Shown here piece after piece: positions 59,705 to 64,000 of a DNA stretch of 64,000 bases (positions are counted from its first letter, which is position 1; each line of letters starts with the position of its first letter). Below the pieces are notes generated by a model. It did not search any database, was not told the DNA's origin, and worked only from the letters and a program-made list of their open reading frames with translations. Both the position numbers and the translations under genes were made by a program. Location of the stretch: positions 256,001-320,000 of the forward strand of contig JBLWTJ010000001.1 of NCBI GenBank assembly GCA_048270185.1, read 5' to 3'. The DNA comes from Bacteriovoracaceae bacterium (GTDB taxonomy: Bacteria; Bdellovibrionota; Bacteriovoracia; Bacteriovoracales; Bacteriovoracaceae).

Positions 59705-62700
59705 ATGAAAAATTTAAAGAAATATTTGATTCTTATTCTCGGGCACTTCTTCCTATTAAGTGTTGGGGCCATGGGCCTTGAAAATAGGCAGTATAGTCTT
59801 GATCCAAATAGACAGGATCTAAATTTCATCAATCTACAATACTACTATAATTCAGTGGTTCTTTTTCAAGAGTCTTTTGAGACTGCAAGAAATAATAAAA
59901 AATTATATTCGACATTATCTTTCATTGATAATGCCTATGCTGATGCAACTTCAACTTGCTTTGTTGGCGGAAATGTTTCAAGTATTTCTGGCGGTAAGTG
60001 TGAAATCAAATCAAGTATTGCATGCGAGAAAAGTTTCTGGTCGGGTGACATTAAGAAAGTTCGTTGTAATCCTTCATTGTATGGCCCTGGTCAAGATGGG
60101 CGAGGGGCCTGTGTTGATGTGAGGAATGCATCAATGAATTGTCGTAATACACCTGGTGCTCTTACTACTCCACAAGCTGTTAAGGCCATAATGGAGAGTA
60201 AGAAGAAGCGTGAAGACTTTGACCAGCTTGCTGAAGAGATTGAAAAGTATTGTCAAGAAAGGCCATCTGATAAAGTTTGTATTGATCAAAAATCAAGAAT
60301 TTCTGATATTAGAAAGGGGATGGACGAAGCTCAGGCCAATCTTGAAAAAATGCAGAAGAATCAATCTCTAGGTACTTCAAAGGCAGTCGGTATTCTTGAT
60401 CGTTGTGAAAAAGATTACCGAGCTCAAAAAGAAGAAAATCTCTTTGGTTCATTCTTTATGAGTTCACGTAATATTGGAGATTCACTACTACAAACTGCTT
60501 GTTCAAATGATCAAGCAATTGAGAGTATGACAACTAATAGTTTAAATGACCTATCTAAAGGTTTTGATAAAATCTATAAGCATACTTCTCTTTCATCAAT
60601 GTTAAATGACGGCCTAAAGATAGGAAGCGAGTTATCGATGAAGAATTATATTCTTCATAAACTTAAGTCAGTTGGTGTAAATGATTCTGAAATCGATAAG
60701 GCCGCAAATGCGATTCTAGTAAAATCTCCAGAGTTTAAGAAAATGCCATATTCAAAGATCTTGGCCGATGCTGTTAGTGAATTTAAAGATGCTAAGTCAA
60801 AAGGTAAAATTAAAGCAACAGATAAGAAGAAATTAAGAGACGGCATCAACGATTTAATGACAAATATTAATGAACAATGTGATGCCATAAAAAAGAAATT
60901 CCCATGTGTGACTTCAAGTGGTTCCGGAATGTATGGAATGGCACTTCTTCCAAAGGGTGTCGAGTTATGTGCATCAATTCAAAGAAAACCTGAATATAAA
61001 GAATATATTGCAACTGAACAGGCAAAGTACAACCAATTACTACAGAACTTCTCTGATCGAGAGCCTGACTTTGCTAAGTATGTGGCCACAAAAGAATTTA
61101 GAAGCAAGTATCATGAGCCAACGAATTCTTTTGCTAAACAATGTAATGAATCACCACGTAAAATATTTGGTAAGTATGATCCTGCTTCAAGTTTAACAAC
61201 ATCTGATATTGCTGAACTTGATAAAGAAGTTTCGCAAGACATGCTTGCAGATCTAGAGGATCTCTCTGATAAGATTCCAAATGAAAGTAAAGATGTTGAT
61301 GATCTCGAAGATGATTTTACTGATCTTTTAAAATATCGTCCATATCTCGTCGGACAGGCCCTTAAAAATAATCGCATGTATCCAAAGCTTCAAGATATGC
61401 AGGCCCAGTTTCTATGTCGTCAAATGAGAGAAATTTATGAAAATGACGAAGATTGGCGAGTTGCTAATATGGCAATGGGTGGAGCTGGTATTCTTCTAAG
61501 TGGTGCTCTAATGGCAACAGGAATAGGATCACCGTTAGGAATTGCCTTATCTGCTGCTAGTGCAACACTAGTTGTTGGAGAAGGTATTTCGGGTGTTAGA
61601 ACACTACAAGATGGTCTTGAGCAACGAGACACTGCTGATGCAAAAAGGTCTCAAAACCTCTCTGATCAAGCAGAGCATACAGCTGATATTGAACAGGCCA
61701 ATAGTAAGATTACAGAAGGTAAGGTGCAAGTCGGTCTGGCCCTAGTCGCGGCCGGTGCTGAAGGGGCGGCCATTAGGCAAGGAATTAAGACAGTAAATCA
61801 AACGAGTCAGACAACGAGACGTGCTGCACTTGAGTTGATGCCTCCTTCTAGTTCGAATAAGGCCTTATCAGTTAATGTTAATTCTCCAAGAGGGGCCAAT
61901 GTCATCATCGATAATGCTACAGGACAAATAACAGATAGTAAGAAGATTCTTGATGCAGTTGATGAAGTTGTTGATAACGCAATTGATATAACTCCTGGTG
62001 CTGTTTCTATAATGAAGGCACCAAAGCCTGTGAATCTGCCTGTTGATTACGTAAAGTATGTGGATGAACTTGATACTCCTATTGATAATGTTATTGCATG
62101 GACAAAGCATGGAGAAAGGTTTGAAACTCTAAAAAGAGGAAAGCTTTTAGATGATGGCAGTGGTGTTATTATTGCAAATAATAGCTCTGATATTGATAAA
62201 TTTATCTCTAAAGGCCTAGGTATTCAATCTGAAGAAGGACTTATCCTAAAATTTGGAGATGATATTAGCGAAGCTAAGTTCGTATCTTCTAAGATTGATG
62301 ATGCGGGTAAGGCCTATAAAGTCGATAATGCTTTTGTCTTTACACCAAATAAAGTTGTTATTGATGATGTACCTGTTAGAAGTATGAATGATCTTGATGT
62401 GGCCTATGGCCATATTTCTAACCTGCCTCCATCTAGTAAGAATACTATCTATGCAAGTATTGATAGTAAAATAGCAAATGGCCAAAGACTTAATGATAAT
62501 GAATTAATGGTACTTGCGGCCCGCAAACAAATTATTAGACCAAATAGTAGTAATACTAAAAAGGCACAACTACTTGAGCTTATTAATAAACGTGATCCAG
62601 CTTTAGTTGATGAGTTAATAAGAGGCACTAGTGCCACTTCAATTGCTCGTCGTGAAGCGATGAAAGAAGCCCTAAAGAATGGTGATAATCTTCCGGCAGT

Positions 62701-64000
62701 TGTGAAGCCAAATCTTACGGCCGTTGTACCTGCAAAAGCACCTGCTTCAAGTGTGGCAGCGACCAAGGAGATTACAGGGGATAATTTACCGAAATTTATG
62801 CTCGATGCTGCTAGGCCAAAACCTAAGCCTAAGAGTGTTTTTGGTAAGTTCTATGACTACGGAACGAATACTGTTAAGGGAATAGTTAAGGGGTTTCCTT
62901 TGTTTAGTCATTATTTTTCTGCAACGAGAGATGATGCAACTCAGGCCAAGAAGCCAGAGTTAAAGGATTCTATTGTTCATCCAGCTATTAAGATTATGCT
63001 AGATCGTAGCAACTTAAGACTTAATGTTACGTTTCGTCCAGAGGTCATTAGTGAGTGTCAGTTAATAGAGAAGAAAGCATCTGAAAAAGAAGGAAAAGTT
63101 ATTACTGATCTTAAAAATAATCAACCAGCAAATCTTCCATTATATGATGAGGCTACAGAATATACTGTTGAGTGTAAGGAAGATGGCGGTGCTTTTTTAA
63201 TTGCTAACACTAAGAGTTTCCCATTTTACAATATTATTGGTGAAGCACATTTTACGATTCCTGGCACACAGAAGTATATTAAAATTGAAGAAGATAATTT
63301 AAAACTTACTATCACATATAGTAAAGCAGTAGAGAGCTGTAAGCTTGTTGAATTAAAAGTAAATGGTGAAACTGAAATTGTTAGTTCAGATATCGAAACA
63401 ATGGCATCTGGTAGCAGTTATCAATTATACAAGAAAGATTATAAATATGTTGTTGAAGTACATTGTAAGAGTAAAGAGGTTGATTTCGCTATCGCTAAAA
63501 CGCAGAATTTCAAAGGTTTTAAAATCGATGGAGACCCAGTCATCAATGTGGATAAGAATGAAGAAGAATCTGATATTGATATTAAGTTTGATGACTTAGA
63601 GTTTACGGTTACTTTCAGTAAGAAAGTTACGAGTTGTAAACTTGTTGAAGAAGTTATAACTAAGTCAGACAAAGATGCTGACAAAGTAGAGCTTAAGCAA
63701 TTACTAACTTTTACTTCTGGCGAGTCTAAAACTGTTGATCAAAGGGATGAAGACTATACTGTGATGGTACAATGTGAGGTAGAAGGAAAAACAGCTACTG
63801 CAACTGCTAGTAATTTTGATAAATTAGTTATTACTGGAGATGGACCAAAGCATACGATTAAAAAGAAAAAGAAATATGATCAGGATATTCTCATTAAACG
63901 TGATGGTGAGAGTCTCGACTTCAATATTATTTTTAGTGAGGAAGTTACTGAATGTCGCTACTTACAAGAAACAGAAGGTGAAGATAAGAAGAAAGAATAC
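59705..64000 (+). CDS. Giant secreted hypothetical protein (>1430 aa; 3' end runs off the window)
   Basis: Missing from the ORF track, consistent with no stop in the window. MKNLKKYLILILGHFFLLSVGA signal peptide. Translated by hand at the start, middle and end without stops. Confidence 0.85.
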   Translation, partial: MKNLKKYLILILGHFFLLSVGAMGLENRQYSLDPNRQDLNFINLQYYYNSVVLFQESFETARNNKKLYSTLSFIDNAYADATSTCFVGGNVSSISGGKCEIKSSIACEKSFWSGDIKKVRCNPSLYGPGQDGRGACVDVRNASMNCRNTPGALTTPQAVKAIMESKKKREDFDQLAEEIEKYCQERPSDKVCIDQKSRISDIRKGMDEAQANLEKMQKNQSLGTSKAVGILDRCEKDYRAQKEENLFGSFFMSSRNIGDSLLQTACSNDQAIESMTTNSLNDLSKGFDKIYKHTSLSSMLNDGLKIGSELSMKNYILHKLKSVGVNDSEIDKAANAILVKSPEFKKMPYSKILADAVSEFKDAKSKGKIKATDKKKLRDGINDLMTNINEQCDAIKKKFPCVTSSGSGMYGMALLPKGVELCASIQRKPEYKEYIATEQAKYNQLLQNFSDREPDFAKYVATKEFRSKYHEPTNSFAKQCNESPRKIFGKYDPASSLTTSDIAELDKEVSQDMLADLEDLSDKIPNESKDVDDLEDDFTDLLKYRPYLVGQALKNNRMYPKLQDMQAQFLCRQMREIYENDEDWRVANMAMGGAGILLSGALMATGIGSPLGIALSAASATLVVGEGISGVRTLQDGLEQRDTADAKRSQNLSDQAEHTADIEQANSKITEGKVQVGLALVAAGAEGAAIRQGIKTVNQTSQTTRRAALELMPPSSSNKALSVNVNSPRGANVIIDNATGQITDSKKILDAVDEVVDNAIDITPGAVSIMKAPKPVNLPVDYVKYVDELDTPIDNVIAWTKHGERFETLKRGKLLDDGSGVIIANNSSDIDKFISKGLGIQSEEGLILKFGDDISEAKFVSSKIDDAGKAYKVDNAFVFTPNKVVIDDVPVRSMNDLDVAYGHISNLPPSSKNTIYASIDSKIANGQRLNDNELMVLAARKQIIRPNSSNTKKAQLLELINKRDPALVDELIRGTSATSIARREAMKEALKNGDNLPAVVKPNLTAVVPAKAPASSVAATKEITGDNLPKFMLDAARPKPKPKSVFGKFYDYGTNTVKGIVKGFPLFSHYFSATRDDATQAKKPELKDSIVHPAIKIMLDRSNLRLNVTFRPEVISECQLIEKKASEKEGKVITDLKNNQPANLPLYDEATEYTVECKEDGGAFLIANTKSFPFYNIIGEAHFTIPGTQKYIKIEEDNLKLTITYSKAVESCKLVELKVNGETEIVSSDIETMASGSSYQLYKKDYKYVVEVHCKSKEVDFAIAKTQNFKGFKIDGDPVINVDKNEEESDIDIKFDDLEFTVTFSKKVTSCKLVEEVITKSDKDADKVELKQLLTFTSGESKTVDQRDEDYTVMVQCEVEGKTATATASNFDKLVITGDGPKHTIKKKKKYDQDILIKRDGESLDFNIIFSEEVTECRYLQETEGEDKKKEY

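Noticed and set aside
1248..63684. Many short ORF-track entries (60-204 aa), e.g. 32756..33370, 10817..11179, 30004..30327 and those within 59877..63684
   Set aside because: They are antisense or off-frame shadows of well-supported long CDS, with no recognisable motifs.
1..64000. CRISPR array, IS elements, prophage, defence systems, riboswitches
   Set aside because: No spaced direct repeats or hallmark genes were recognised, and the intergenic regions are short. No covariance-model search could be run.

Overview
AT-rich bacterial chromosomal window with about 44 CDS and one tRNA (anticodon CAU). No CRISPR array, integrase, transposase or prophage is visible. Gene content (many secreted hydrolases, giant Cys-rich secreted proteins, a Flp-like pilin, a GYF-2 protein) suggests a predatory Bdellovibrionota member, probably Halobacteriovorax/Bacteriovorax-like; this is an inference, not a database result. 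Housekeeping blocks are tmk-holB-ricT(PSP1), fadI-fadJ, tex, tRNA/tilS-ftsH-folP, tldD-pmbA and htpX, interleaved with about 12 peptidase genes. The most interesting candidate is a two-gene operon with a sigma54-type promoter (30284->26255). It encodes an outer-membrane beta-barrel and a 952-aa lipoprotein carrying an aerolysin/epsilon-toxin-like amphipathic beta-hairpin, a possible predator-encoded pore-forming system. Other notable items: a giant ORF missing from the ORF track (59705->end) with a membrane-inserting-like hydrophobic hairpin and tandem disulfide repeats of about 100 aa; a knottin-pattern module in a 1408-aa secreted protein; a set of sigma28-like promoters; leaderless-type starts; and strong GGCC over-representation. 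All calls come from reading motifs by eye; no searches were run.
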